This document shows, piece after piece, positions 1 to 9,061 of a DNA stretch of 22,937 bases (position 1 is its first letter; every line of letters starts with the position of its first letter). The DNA lies in assembly GCA_041639695.1 (NCBI GenBank), contig JBEQBQ010000016.1, positions 1 to 22,937 on the forward strand, in the 5' to 3' direction. The notes below the pieces were generated by a model. That model ran no database searches. It worked only from the letters and a program-made list of their open reading frames with translations, and was not told the DNA's origin. A program made the translations under genes and the position numbers. This DNA comes from Candidatus Nanohaloarchaea archaeon (GTDB lineage Archaea; Nanohalarchaeota; Nanosalinia; Nanosalinales; Nanosalinaceae).

Positions 1-2
1 AC

Positions 3-119
3 GAACAGCTGAGAGAAGAGGTATTGGCCTACATTAACCGGTTGAGCGACCTATTCTTCCTGATGGCACGGCACGAAAACTTTCTAGGAGATGTTGAAGA
101 GAAAAATCCGGATTACTGA
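3..119 (+). CDS. pduO: Cob(I)alamin adenosyltransferase (PduO/MMAB type), C-terminal fragment; 5' end lies outside the window
   Basis: Manual translation from nt 3 gives EQLREEVLAYINRLSDLFFLMARHENFLGDVEEKNPDY*, which contains the YxNRLSDxxF signature of PduO. TGA at 117-119. Confidence 0.85.
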   Translation, partial: EQLREEVLAYINRLSDLFFLMARHENFLGDVEEKNPDY

Positions 120-992
120 TGAACCCCCAAGGTTGTAATTCACGGCGGAGCCGGGAACTGGGATGAGAAAGAAGAAGAGGCAAACAGGAAGATAGAAGAC
201 ATAGCTGACGAATTAGATTTCAACCGTTCTTCGACCGCTCTAGACATAGTTGAAGATGCTGTTAACTTGATGGAAAGTGAACCGGTCTTCAACGCAGGTA
301 GAGGGGCGAAGCTACAGTTCGATGGAAAGGCACGCCTAGATGCTTCCATTATGAAATCAGATCTTGATGCAGGCGCAGTGATTGGCATGGAGGAAAACAT
401 CGAGAATCCAATTTCTGTAGCAAGGAAAATTATGGAAAAGACACACCATGTAGCATTAAAGGGCAGACAAGCAACCCATTTTGCAAGAGAGTTTGGTTTT
501 AATAGCACGGAAACCGTTACAGAACAGAGAAAAAGAGCAAACAAAAAATTCCAGGAAAAAGCCGGCGATCTAGACTTTAGAGAAAAAGTCAGAAAGTTGA
601 AAGAGCTTGAACAAACCGGCACTGTTGGAGCTGTCGCCATAGACCGAAAGGGTCGGATGGCGGCCGCAACATCTACAGGCGGGAGATACGGTCAGATGGC
701 AGGAAGGATAGGAGACACACCTATGCCCGGTAACGGAACTTACTGCAACTCCGAAGCAGCGGTATCTGCCACAGGAGTCGGCGAAGCAATCATAAAGACC
801 ACGCTCTCACGTAGAACCGCCGAAAATATTGAGAAGGGCATGGAACCCGAGAAAGCTACGAGGAAAGCTTTAGAATTTCTCGAAAACAAGACAGGCAGAT
901 CAGCCGGGCTTATAACTATAGATAAAAAGGGTGGAATGGGTTCATGGTTCAATACTGACGCCATGGTCTGGACAGAAAGAGAGCTGAGCTAG
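119..992 (+). CDS. iaaA: Isoaspartyl peptidase/L-asparaginase (Ntn hydrolase, asparaginase type 2); one apparent extra base near the 5' end
   Basis: Motifs FNAGRG, G|TVGAVA (Thr nucleophile), ATSTGG, GRIGDTP and SATGxGE. The conserved N-terminal VIHGGAG is encoded at 135-155, in the frame of ORF 267..992. ATG at 119 overlaps the pduO stop and joins that frame only if one C of the C5 run at 124-128 is removed. Confidence 0.9.
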
Positions 993-1600
993 TTACTGAT
1001 AATTTCAGCTGCTTTTTCTATTTCATAATCAAAGATTCCGTGCTTGGATCCCTCAAAAATCTTTTTCTCGATAGCACCGTTCAAACCCTTGAAAGTTTCC
1101 GAAGTGGTTTTAACTCTTTCAATAGGGATGTGAGGATCGTCTTCGCTACAACCGATAAATACAGGCGTCTCTCCAAGATCTCCCTCGAAATCTCTTACCT
1201 CTTTTCCGATCAGTCCTCCGCTCAAAACTATAAGACCTCCATAAACCGCGGGATTAGATGCAACATACTCTGAAGCCAAGCAGGCGCCCTGTGAAAAGCC
1301 TATTAGGTGTACGTTTTGTTTCCCCACTTTTTCTGCGGCTTCCTCGACCAGCGAGTGAACCTTTCTGAGCGCAGAATCCAGATCAGGCTGATTTCTTTCA
1401 CGTGTTTCAAGAAAACTTCTTGGATACCACTGTCTTCCCGCAGCTTGAGGAGCTATATAAGCTGCTTCCGGCAACTGCCTCTCCAAGTTCATTATACCGT
1501 GTGCGGTAGCACCTCTGCCGTGCAAAAGGATTACTGCTTTCTCCGCATCTTCAATATCTCCGGATCTGAGAACCTCCTCATCGCTGTGAACATCTTTCAT
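989..1600 (-). CDS. Alpha/beta hydrolase, phospholipase/carboxylesterase family (MhqD-like)
   Basis: LLHGRG, GFSQGA nucleophile elbow, DPHIP (Asp) and late His (KHGI). Overlaps the upstream VOC gene by 4 nt. Confidence 0.88.
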   Translation of the reverse strand: MKDVHSDEEVLRSGDIEDAEKAVILLHGRGATAHGIMNLERQLPEAAYIAPQAAGRQWYPRSFLETRERNQPDLDSALRKVHSLVEEAAEKVGKQNVHLIGFSQGACLASEYVASNPAVYGGLIVLSGGLIGKEVRDFEGDLGETPVFIGCSEDDPHIPIERVKTTSETFKGLNGAIEKKIFEGSKHGIFDYEIEKAAEIISN

Positions 1601-2505
1601 TCTACCACCTCTTCATCGAACTCAGGAAGATTTTCAAGAATCTCTTGTCTTCGGCCCTGTAGATTTTCCGGCAACACAAAGTTGGTTCCAAGCTCTTCAA
1701 CTGTTTCATCCGCAGTATAGCCCGGCCCATCACTTGAGAATTCAAATAGGATGCCGAAAGGTGTACGGGCGTAGACAGAGGTAAAGTATTTACGTGAAAT
1801 AGCAGGGGACGGCCTCAAACCCAGCGATTTTAACTCTTCCCGGGCTTTCTCCACTTCTTTCTCGTCCCCGGCCTTGAAAGCCACGTGGTGCACCGAGCCT
1901 TTACCCATAACGCCAGGAGAGTCGTTTTGATTGAGTTCAAGCTTCGATCCGTCCTCCAAATTAAACAGTTCATTTTCTTCAGACGCTCCAAGTCTCTCTA
2001 AAAACGGTTTTACGTCTTGTTTACCTCGAACCGTTAGCGTGACGTGGTTCATTCCCTGGATTTGATTTTCTTCAGGCACTTCACTACTTTCCCAGGGTTC
2101 GAACCCTGTCTTTTTGGATTCGACTAGCCTCAAGTTCAGGCCGTCCGGATCTTCAAAGCTGAGAGACTTTTTTCCGTGCCAGTCTTGCTCCGTGTAATCC
2201 AGAGATTTTTGCTCCAATCTTTTCTTCCAATAATTTATAGAGTTCTTAGGGATTCTAAGGCCTAACTCTGTAACCATTCCCGCTCCTTCTCTGCCCTGTT
2301 TCTGTGTCATTCCGGGGAAGAAGGTTATACTGCTTCCCGGCGTTCCCTTTCTGTCCCCGTAGAACAGGTGGTATACATCCGGAGCATCGTGGTTAACGGT
2401 TTTCTTCACCATTCTTAATCCGAGAACTTTCACGTAGAACTTGGCGTTTTCTGTGGGGTCGCCGGCGATCGCGGTAAAGTGGTGTAGGCCTTTCACTAAG
2501 CTCAT
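1597..2505 (-). CDS. Two-domain VOC/glyoxalase-fold ring-cleaving dioxygenase (MhqO/MhqA/MhqE-like)
   Basis: GLHHFTA, LGLRMVKKTVNHD..YHLFYGD..G.PGS.ITFF, GSVHHVAF, RKYFTSVY and GILFE..DGPG are hallmark motifs of this family. Confidence 0.9.
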   Translation of the reverse strand: MSLVKGLHHFTAIAGDPTENAKFYVKVLGLRMVKKTVNHDAPDVYHLFYGDRKGTPGSSITFFPGMTQKQGREGAGMVTELGLRIPKNSINYWKKRLEQKSLDYTEQDWHGKKSLSFEDPDGLNLRLVESKKTGFEPWESSEVPEENQIQGMNHVTLTVRGKQDVKPFLERLGASEENELFNLEDGSKLELNQNDSPGVMGKGSVHHVAFKAGDEKEVEKAREELKSLGLRPSPAISRKYFTSVYARTPFGILFEFSSDGPGYTADETVEELGTNFVLPENLQGRRQEILENLPEFDEEVVE

Positions 2506-2598
2506 ACCCCTTAATCCTTGTTCAAACTGTTTATACTACATGGCTACCCTGATGTAACCTCTAACCGTTAAGAAGTTCTCTACCCCAGTCTAGAAATA

Positions 2599-3339
2599 AT
2601 GGAGTGGCGTTACATCCCTTTCCAACATTATGATCCAAGGTTCAAGACCGGGCTTAACTCTGCCGCAATTGAATCGGTATCGGAAACAGGGAAGCCGATA
2701 ATATTTCTCGCAGGGTGGAAACCCGGATGCGTTAACATAGGTTATTCTCAGAAGGTTGAAGAAGAAGTCGATCTGGAAGAGTTTGAAAAGCGGGACCTTG
2801 TTCTTGTAAGAAGACAGGGCGGGGGAGGAACCACTTACTTGACCGAGGACGGGGAGATTACATGGCATATAGTCGCTCCAGAAGACTACTTCCCTGATGA
2901 CGTTAACAAGATCTACGGAAAAGTGTGCGGTGAAATAGCAGAGGCTTTAGAACAACTTGGGATCGATGCGGAGCACGAACCGGTAAACGATGTTGTTTCG
3001 GAGAAAGGAAAGCTTTCCGGAGCCACACTCAAAAAAGAAAACGGTGTGGTCTACGTCGCAGGCACTTTAATTTACAAAACAGATCCTGAAGAAATGTTCA
3101 CGGTTTTAACACCGGACGAAGACAAGAAAAAAGATAAACAGATAGAAAAGTTCGAGGAAAGAGTCTCCTCCGTTTCAGATGAATCAAATGCTTCTTTCGA
3201 ACAGACAGAACAAGCCCTAAAGAATCAGTTGCTGGAAGGAAAGAAATGGAGTGAAGGTTCGTGGACTGAGGAAGAGACACAGAGAGCGGAAAAGCTGGCG
3301 GATAAATACTCTTCGGACGAATGGCTTTACAAGAAATGA
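2599..3339 (+). CDS. lplA: Lipoate-protein ligase A family protein (catalytic domain only)
   Basis: VRRQGGGGTTY motif, NDVV..GKLSG with the catalytic Lys, GTLIY, and C-terminal KYSSDEW. Confidence 0.88.
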   Translation: MEWRYIPFQHYDPRFKTGLNSAAIESVSETGKPIIFLAGWKPGCVNIGYSQKVEEEVDLEEFEKRDLVLVRRQGGGGTTYLTEDGEITWHIVAPEDYFPDDVNKIYGKVCGEIAEALEQLGIDAEHEPVNDVVSEKGKLSGATLKKENGVVYVAGTLIYKTDPEEMFTVLTPDEDKKKDKQIEKFEERVSSVSDESNASFEQTEQALKNQLLEGKKWSEGSWTEEETQRAEKLADKYSSDEWLYKK

Positions 3340-4139
3340 ATGAAAGCTACAGAGTTCATCAGACAGAACAGGGACAGACCGCGGGTATAGTGCTTGAGAC
3401 TGCAGAAAGAGCTCTTGAGACAGAAGGATATTTCAGATCTTCTATAGTCCATGATGAACCAGCTCACTGGAACCTGAGCTATGTAAGCCAGCTTATACCA
3501 GATGTACCAGAAGAGAGACAGGAAAGAAGATTTTCAGGTGGCGGCGAGTTACTTCACGAAAACACTCTCTGCGCTATGAAGGCAATTGAGACACCTTCTT
3601 CGAAGACTAGAGTTGATTACGAGAGAAACTCTTTCGCAGCAGAATGTCTTGAAGCCCTCGAACAGACAGGCGAATACAACCAAACAGGGGTGCTTGTTGA
3701 TGGAGAGGTAGAGGGAGCAGATAGCTCAGAAACTATAGCTTATTTTGCGCCTAAAGAAGGCGATATTTATGTAAGTGAAAGCGGCGAGCCTAATCCTTTG
3801 ACAGATCCGCAGCTTATCGGACTAGGTCTTCCGGATATTGATCTTAAGAACGGGAATGTGGTGGTTGGACGTGCATGTCTGTACGAGGATCTTCCTGAGT
3901 CCCGACATCTTTACCCGGAAGAGGACCTGAACTTCAAAGACTGGGAGACCTATCTTGACGGCATTCAACCTGTGGATAACTCAAGACAGGTGCTTGAAAT
4001 CCTTGAAGGACCTGACTCTAGACATTTGGAGGCTAAGGAGTTTGCCGAAGATTCGATTGTGCATGCTAACAGATTGATGGAGCGGAGGGAAGAAGAGTTG
4101 AAGAACGGTAAGGGAAGGCCGGCCTATCCTTGCTTCTAG
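3336..4139 (+). CDS. Divergent LplA/BPL-fold paralogue, hypothetical protein
   Basis: ATG at 3336 overlaps the lplA stop (ATGA). RRFSGGG, LEALEQTG, GDIYV and LKNGNVVVGRACLY occur in the same order as the equivalent LplA blocks. Confidence 0.65.
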   Translation: MNESYRVHQTEQGQTAGIVLETAERALETEGYFRSSIVHDEPAHWNLSYVSQLIPDVPEERQERRFSGGGELLHENTLCAMKAIETPSSKTRVDYERNSFAAECLEALEQTGEYNQTGVLVDGEVEGADSSETIAYFAPKEGDIYVSESGEPNPLTDPQLIGLGLPDIDLKNGNVVVGRACLYEDLPESRHLYPEEDLNFKDWETYLDGIQPVDNSRQVLEILEGPDSRHLEAKEFAEDSIVHANRLMERREEELKNGKGRPAYPCF

Positions 4140-4185
4140 ACATACCAGTTAAAAAACTGAAGCCTGAACTCTATCTTACAGGTTT

Positions 4186-4268
4186 GCGAGGGTAGCCAAG
4201 TGGTCAAAGGCGCAGCGTTGAGGGCGCTGTCCTGTAGAGGTTCCGGGGTTCAAATCCTCGCCCTCGCA
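4186..4268 (+). tRNA. tRNA-Leu(GAG)
   Basis: Acceptor GCGAGGG/CCCTCGC plus discriminator A; anticodon stem CAGCG/CGCTG with GAG at 4220-4222; long variable arm; GGTTCAAATCC T-arm; no encoded CCA. Confidence 0.96.
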
Positions 4269-4428
4269 TTACAGTCTTCTACTTTTTAACTCGATCACGC
4301 ATCCATAACCAGCAAAATCTACTCACACCTACTAACCAGCCAAATAGAAAACCAACAAGCAAAATTCCAGATATAGATCATTCCCTCCTCCAAAACCAAT
4401 ATAGACTCCCTCTTGAAGAAGTATTACT

Positions 4429-4622
4429 ATGTCAGAAATTGTGGAAACCGAAGATACACCTCACGGCAAACCAAGAGTCAAATGCACACGAAAGGAGCAA
4501 GAACACTTTACGAACTACATGAACCGGACGGAATGGAAGCAGAAGAAATAGCCCAGCAATACCCACGTATTACTGCTGAAGATGTGAAAACAGCAGTAGA
4601 ATACATGAAGGAAAAGAAATAG
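4429..4622 (+). pseudogene. DUF433-family HTH antitoxin-like protein, frameshifted
   Basis: ATG 4429 gives MSEIVETEDTPHGKPRVKCTR (compare GKPxIxGTR). After a 1-nt shift at about 4491-4493 it continues GARTLYELHEPDGMEAEEIAQQYPRITAEDVKTAVEY, the typical DUF433 C-terminus. Confidence 0.75.
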
Positions 4623-4625
4623 CCC

Positions 4626-5012
4626 CTAGTCTTCGTATATCTGTATTCCGTCTATTTTCTTGAAATGTTGTTTGTTATCCGTCAGTATTTCCAGTCCATG
4701 CGTCTTCCCGGTTGCACCTATCATGGTGTCTATGTCGCCGATTAACTCGCCTTCCTCACGCAGTTTATTTCTAATCTTTCCGAACTCTACCGCAGTCTGT
4801 TTCGTAAATGAAAGAACGGTTACTCCCGACAAGAAATCTTCTAAAGCGTTCATTCTCTGTTCTCTGCGGTCAGAACCTTCAATTCCCTCCACAAGCTCAC
4901 CAACCGTCAAAGTGGAGATGTAAAGTTCTTCATGATTCTGAAGGAACTCAACTTTTTCATCGACTCCCTTCAGGTAGTCTACCGCTCAGTCAGTATCAAT
5001 CAAGTAACTCAT
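4626..5012 (-). pseudogene. vapC: PIN-domain VapC toxin with an in-frame TGA at codon 9
   Basis: From ATG 5012: MSYLIDTD*AVDYLKG...YISTLTVGELVEG...IGDIDTMIGATG...ILTDNKQHFKKIDGI. PIN acidic residues are present. The stop is at 4986-4988, one change from TGG. Confidence 0.88.
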
Positions 5013-5216
5013 TCAAAGTTCAACCTTGTCGCTTACCGACCTATTTCTTTCCTCTCTAATCCTGTCCTTGAACTCTTCGGCATCGAAGTCACTCCATGAG
5101 CCAGCGGATTCCTCGAATCGTTTCCTGTTACCGGATATCTTCCGCTTCACAGCCTCCAGTTCTCTTTCAATATTCGAGATTCTATCACTCAAATTATCAG
5201 TAGCCATAGTAGACAT
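5013..5216 (-). CDS. Putative VapB-type antitoxin
   Basis: Small charged ORF abutting vapC upstream, with AGSWSD..AEEFKDRIREER typical of archaeal VapC partners. Alternative start at 5207. Confidence 0.7.
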   Translation of the reverse strand: MSTMATDNLSDRISNIERELEAVKRKISGNRKRFEESAGSWSDFDAEEFKDRIREERNRSVSDKVEL

Positions 5217-5238
5217 TTGTAGTTTAATTTTCTAAAAA

Positions 5239-5622
5239 TTAACCCTTCCACCACCCAGTCAACTTACAACCACTAACCGCCCAATCCTCCGAGCGAACAG
5301 AGTTCAACCTCTGAATCTCTGACCGAGACAAAGAACGATTGTAGATGCGGGGTCCATCCTCTTTTACTATACCCTAAGTCCATCTTTCAGGAAGACTGCC
5401 CTCATCCCCAATCTGTCTGATAGCAAATGGGTATTCCTCGTTACCCCAAAACCCACTGTCTCCTCTATTAATGATATTACCCTATTGATCACCTCCATCA
5501 GAATAAGTCCAGACAAGGGCATTTACCTTGTCTACATCAAGAGAACTGTCATCCGAGACTTTCACATATTCACTATTAAAATCAAAACCATCCTCCACTC
5601 TTCCTTCTTCTCCTACCCCTGG
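5239..5622 (-). pseudogene. LamG/concanavalin A-like domain remnant
   Basis: One minus frame reads GVGEEGRVEDGFDFNSEYVKVSDDSSLDVDKVNALVW...Q*GNIINRG...WT*...PRIYNRSLSRSEIQRL...WWKG*. FDF..YV.V.D..SLD and RIYNRxLSxxEI are LamG-like motifs. Two internal TAGs, and the middle of the domain looks deleted. Confidence 0.72.
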
Positions 5623-5844
5623 CCGAAGCTTCCATACTTCGACTCCGCCGAGCAGATAGAAGTCATAGATAGAGAAGGAAACTTAGAGTATAGCCAGTCC
5701 GTAAGGAAGTACGCCTCATGTAACCAGAACAGCAAATGCAAGGATGGAGAGTCGGCCGATTGCTCAGACTGTAACTCAGAAAACAGCGAGGAAGGTAACG
5801 GTTTAATCTCTCAGCTAATATTCTTAGTTACTGGACTCATCTAA
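5623..5844 (+). pseudogene. C-terminal fragment of a Cys-rich, membrane-anchored protein
   Basis: KLPYFDSAEQIEVIDREG...CNQNSKCKDGESADCSDC...GLISQLIFLVTGLI* is acidic and protein-like. The first part of ORF 5485..5844 is only the antisense of the LamG remnant. Confidence 0.5.
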
Positions 5845-6078
5845 GAAGAGGTTGAACAAAAATCTAGCAATTGAGAGCGGTCTTTCTCGGAGCATACCCC
5901 CACGTTCTTCTCGTCGGTAGAAGAAACCATTTGGAATTATAGAGTTAGCAACCCCCACAGTTTTAATACAGTTTGTCTTGATATGATTCTTGAAAGTCTA
6001 TATTTACAGATTTACTATCATTAGCCGCCACATGGTAAGCAAACTTGATTTAAATGCAAAACAAACAGATCTGTTATT

Positions 6079-6984
6079 ATGGCCGAGAAACCTGGCTCTG
6101 ATGAAATATACTGTAGTAGTTGCGGGGAAATCATCAAGAAAGAGGCCGAAATCTGCCCGGAATGCGCAGTCAGAAATAAATCAGGAGCCCAAAATTCTAG
6201 CTCGGGAACCTCCGGTCTTGTCGGAGAGGATACCGGTAGAGCAGTTAGCTGGGTAGGCGGTATATTCTTCCTGCTTGGCGGAGCGGGGATGGCAGCAGAT
6301 AGCACTATATCAGGAATTATATCTATAATAATGGGCGCATTTCTTGTACCTCCTATAAGAAAGCGTTTTGAAGACATAATTGACTACAATTTCTCCCAAT
6401 TGGCCGTCATAGGGATTGTGTTTTTCGGAATGATTATTGTAGGTGCATTTACACCTTACGACGGTGGCGATATCAGTTCTTCATCAACGCCAGATGTAGA
6501 TCAAGAACCGCAACCTGTTCAGAACCAAACCAGCCAAGAAAAAGTTCAGGATGAAAGCGAGAAACGGACACACTCGATGGATGAGGAATTTAATGTAGGA
6601 GATGTACGATATCAGGTTAACGACGTTTCCCTAAGAGATAGAATAGGTCAGACAGCAGCAGGAACATTTATGGGTGTAGAAGCGAACGGCCAGTTCCTTA
6701 TCGTAGATATGTCAGTTATGAACGAGGCTGATGAGTCTATCCGGATGAGAACCTCAAGCCTAAAGTTGATGGTTGGAAATGCAGAGTATAGCCCCAACAC
6801 CGAAGCATCAATCTACATGGACGACAGCTTTACCTTCGAACAGCTTAACCCCGGTGTGCAGGTAGACGGCCAGATCGCCTACGATGTACCCGAATCCACA
6901 ACTGCCGACTCAGTAAAACTCAAGGTCAGCCCTGTAGGACTGTTTTCGATGGCAGAGCCTCATTTCGTAAACCTAAGCAGCTAA
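6079..6984 (+). CDS. Zinc-ribbon + transmembrane + DUF4352 (Ig-like) domain protein
   Basis: CSSCG...CPECA double knuckle, about 3 hydrophobic segments, then GQFLIVDMSVMNE...FEQLNPGVQVDGQIAYDVP (DUF4352-like). TTTAAA about 25 nt upstream. Confidence 0.8.
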   Translation: MAEKPGSDEIYCSSCGEIIKKEAEICPECAVRNKSGAQNSSSGTSGLVGEDTGRAVSWVGGIFFLLGGAGMAADSTISGIISIIMGAFLVPPIRKRFEDIIDYNFSQLAVIGIVFFGMIIVGAFTPYDGGDISSSSTPDVDQEPQPVQNQTSQEKVQDESEKRTHSMDEEFNVGDVRYQVNDVSLRDRIGQTAAGTFMGVEANGQFLIVDMSVMNEADESIRMRTSSLKLMVGNAEYSPNTEASIYMDDSFTFEQLNPGVQVDGQIAYDVPESTTADSVKLKVSPVGLFSMAEPHFVNLSS

Positions 6985-7442
6985 AAAACCCCTTCCAACC
7001 CGATCAAAACAATTTATCAGGCCTTTTAGCCTCTTCTATTTCGTCTCCTACAGATTTTTCCCTCTACAAACTCTCCTGCTTCATTCACAAGCCTTTCTTT
7101 CTTACCTACTTCTCTCACATTTCTATTTCTGTGCCGAATCTCCGCAGTAACTCCGAAGTGATCTATATCAGAAGTGTATTCTTATGTCGCCGTACTGCAG
7201 TTCTTCCCCGAGATTTCCATTTATTGATCGGTCTTCCAGTCCCCGCCTTCGAACCCTGATGCGGTTTCAGGTCGGGAGAAGTAGTTCACAAAGGGTCTCC
7301 TTTTTTGTCACGCTATGGAACCATTACAAATTTTTACATCTTGATGGTTGAACGGTTCACAGATCTTTTGTTTCTTCCTTTCAGTAGATGCGACCCCGTT
7401 ACTTGATTTTACATTCTATTCTACAGAATTGTTAGGCAGAAG

Positions 7443-9041
7443 ATGTCGACCAAGGAGAACACCAAAGCTTTAGATGAGACAGTAATCCTAATCGCAATCA
7501 CCTATCTACTGGTCGCGGTATTCAGCCACGGAACAACAGTTCTTCCGGAAGTAAACCATGGGTTTGACCCAGATTTCGACAACGACAACCTTTCCACGAC
7601 AACCGAAATACTTGACTACTCCACCGATCCTTTCAATCCCGATACCGACTCCGACGGACTGAGAGATGGCAAAGAGGTTTCAATAGGAACTTCGCCCTTA
7701 AAGAAAGATACTGACAACGATTCGTTGTCGGACTTCAAGGAAACTCAAATCTCATCATCACCTCTCAAAAAAGACACTGACAAGGACGGTGTTGACGACG
7801 GTTTAGAACTCGAGAAAGGTACAGATCCTTCCGACAAAGACTCGGATAACGATAATTTAACCGATGGTGAGGAGCTCGAGACCGGTACAGACCCGTTAAG
7901 TAAGGATGCTGATGGAGACAACTTGACCGATAGCAGGGAACTTGAACTCGGAATAGACCCTACAGACTTGGATACTGATGACGACGGTCTTGACGATGGA
8001 GAAGAGGTTGAGAGAGGTCTTGAACCTGCGGAACCTGATACTGATAGTGACGGGGTAGAGGACGGGGAGGAAGTCGAGAACGGTTTGAACCCGAAGAAAT
8101 CTGATTCCGACTCTGACGGTCTTGACGATGGAGAAGAGCTGGAAAAAGGCACAGATCCTCTTGATGCGGACACTGACTCCGATGGTTTAGAGGATGGAAC
8201 CGAATTAGAGGAAGGTACAGATCCTTTGAAGGCTGATACCGATGAGGACATGCTTGATGACGGTAGAGAAGTAGAGCTAGCGACGAATCCTGTTAATCCG
8301 GATACGGACGGCGACAAACTGATAGACGGTGTTGAAAAACTTATCGGAACCTCTCCCTTAGTAAGCGACACTGATGGGGACAGTATACCGGATGGCGCTG
8401 AAGTCTCTGAATCAGCTCCCTACCCTGATGCCGACCCCCGAGAACATGATATCTACGTGGAGCTTGACTGGATGGAGGGCTGCGACCCGGACGACTACGG
8501 GCTTGACGAAGCAAGAGAGGTTTTTGAAAAACGGGGTTACAACCTACATATCGTTGAGAGCGATGAGCTTGCTGCCAGAGAAAAGATTGATCCTGACACG
8601 ATCGAGGAGATCGCAAGGGACAACTTTGACAACATGAACAAAGGATATCATTACGGAATAGCTTCGAGAGATGTCTATAAAGAAGGCGAGTCTGTTGGCG
8701 GAGTAGCACTTTATGATAGACCTTACTTTGCGTTCCAGCCCTGTGGCACAAATCGCAGAGAAGAATTTGTGGAGAAATCGGGTAGAAGCACTTTCGTACA
8801 TGAGCTCGGACATTCTCTAGGCTTGGGGTCGGGCGTTTTCAAAGGTATTGACTCTGAAAAGGTCTCTTTCGATCGCTACAGAAGTGTTATGAATTACAAC
8901 GCGCCTTACGATTATATCGGGTTCAGTCCGGGCGAACCGTTTGATGACTGGAAGAAACTAGAGGAGGGTATGTTCATACCTCCGGTAATTAACTTAGATT
9001 ATAATGTTGACAGTCAGAAGGTCTTGAGAGAATATAATTAA
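7443..9041 (+). CDS. Membrane-anchored/secreted protein with DxDxDG calcium-binding (bacterial TSP3-like) repeats and a C-terminal zinc metalloprotease domain
   Basis: N-terminal hydrophobic segment, 13 repeats of about 22 aa, [18 protein letters not shown] and a downstream SVMNY Met-turn-like motif. Confidence 0.85.
   Translation: MSTKENTKALDETVILIAITYLLVAVFSHGTTVLPEVNHGFDPDFDNDNLSTTTEILDYSTDPFNPDTDSDGLRDGKEVSIGTSPLKKDTDNDSLSDFKETQISSSPLKKDTDKDGVDDGLELEKGTDPSDKDSDNDNLTDGEELETGTDPLSKDADGDNLTDSRELELGIDPTDLDTDDDGLDDGEEVERGLEPAEPDTDSDGVEDGEEVENGLNPKKSDSDSDGLDDGEELEKGTDPLDADTDSDGLEDGTELEEGTDPLKADTDEDMLDDGREVELATNPVNPDTDGDKLIDGVEKLIGTSPLVSDTDGDSIPDGAEVSESAPYPDADPREHDIYVELDWMEGCDPDDYGLDEAREVFEKRGYNLHIVESDELAAREKIDPDTIEEIARDNFDNMNKGYHYGIASRDVYKEGESVGGVALYDRPYFAFQPCGTNRREEFVEKSGRSTFVHELGHSLGLGSGVFKGIDSEKVSFDRYRSVMNYNAPYDYIGFSPGEPFDDWKKLEEGMFIPPVINLDYNVDSQKVLREYN
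7569..8438 (+). repeat. Intragenic tandem repeat, about 66-bp period, 13 units (xDTDxDGLxDGxExxxGTDPxx)
   Basis: Counted in the translation. The 24-mer GACGGTCTTGACGATGGAGAAGAG occurs identically at 7983 and 8115, 132 bp apart (2 periods). Confidence 0.85.
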
Positions 9042-9061
9042 AAAATAAAAAATTGGAGAGA

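Noticed and set aside
989-992. Convergent genes share the palindromic CTAG as both stop codons
   Set aside because: An ordinary consequence of genome compaction.
6985-7440. Coding-like minus-strand stretch (…ERLVNEAGEFVE…, faintly HEPN-like) and a small CCTGA/TCAGG inverted repeat near 7255-7270
   Set aside because: No consistent frame or diagnostic motif. The TTCGAACC segment does not fold as a tRNA or match the tRNA-Leu 3' end, so it is not an att site.
7569-8438. Possible CRISPR array because of the roughly 66-bp periodicity
   Set aside because: The repeats are degenerate, in frame and encode DxDxDG units. There are no conserved repeat/unique spacer pairs and no cas genes.
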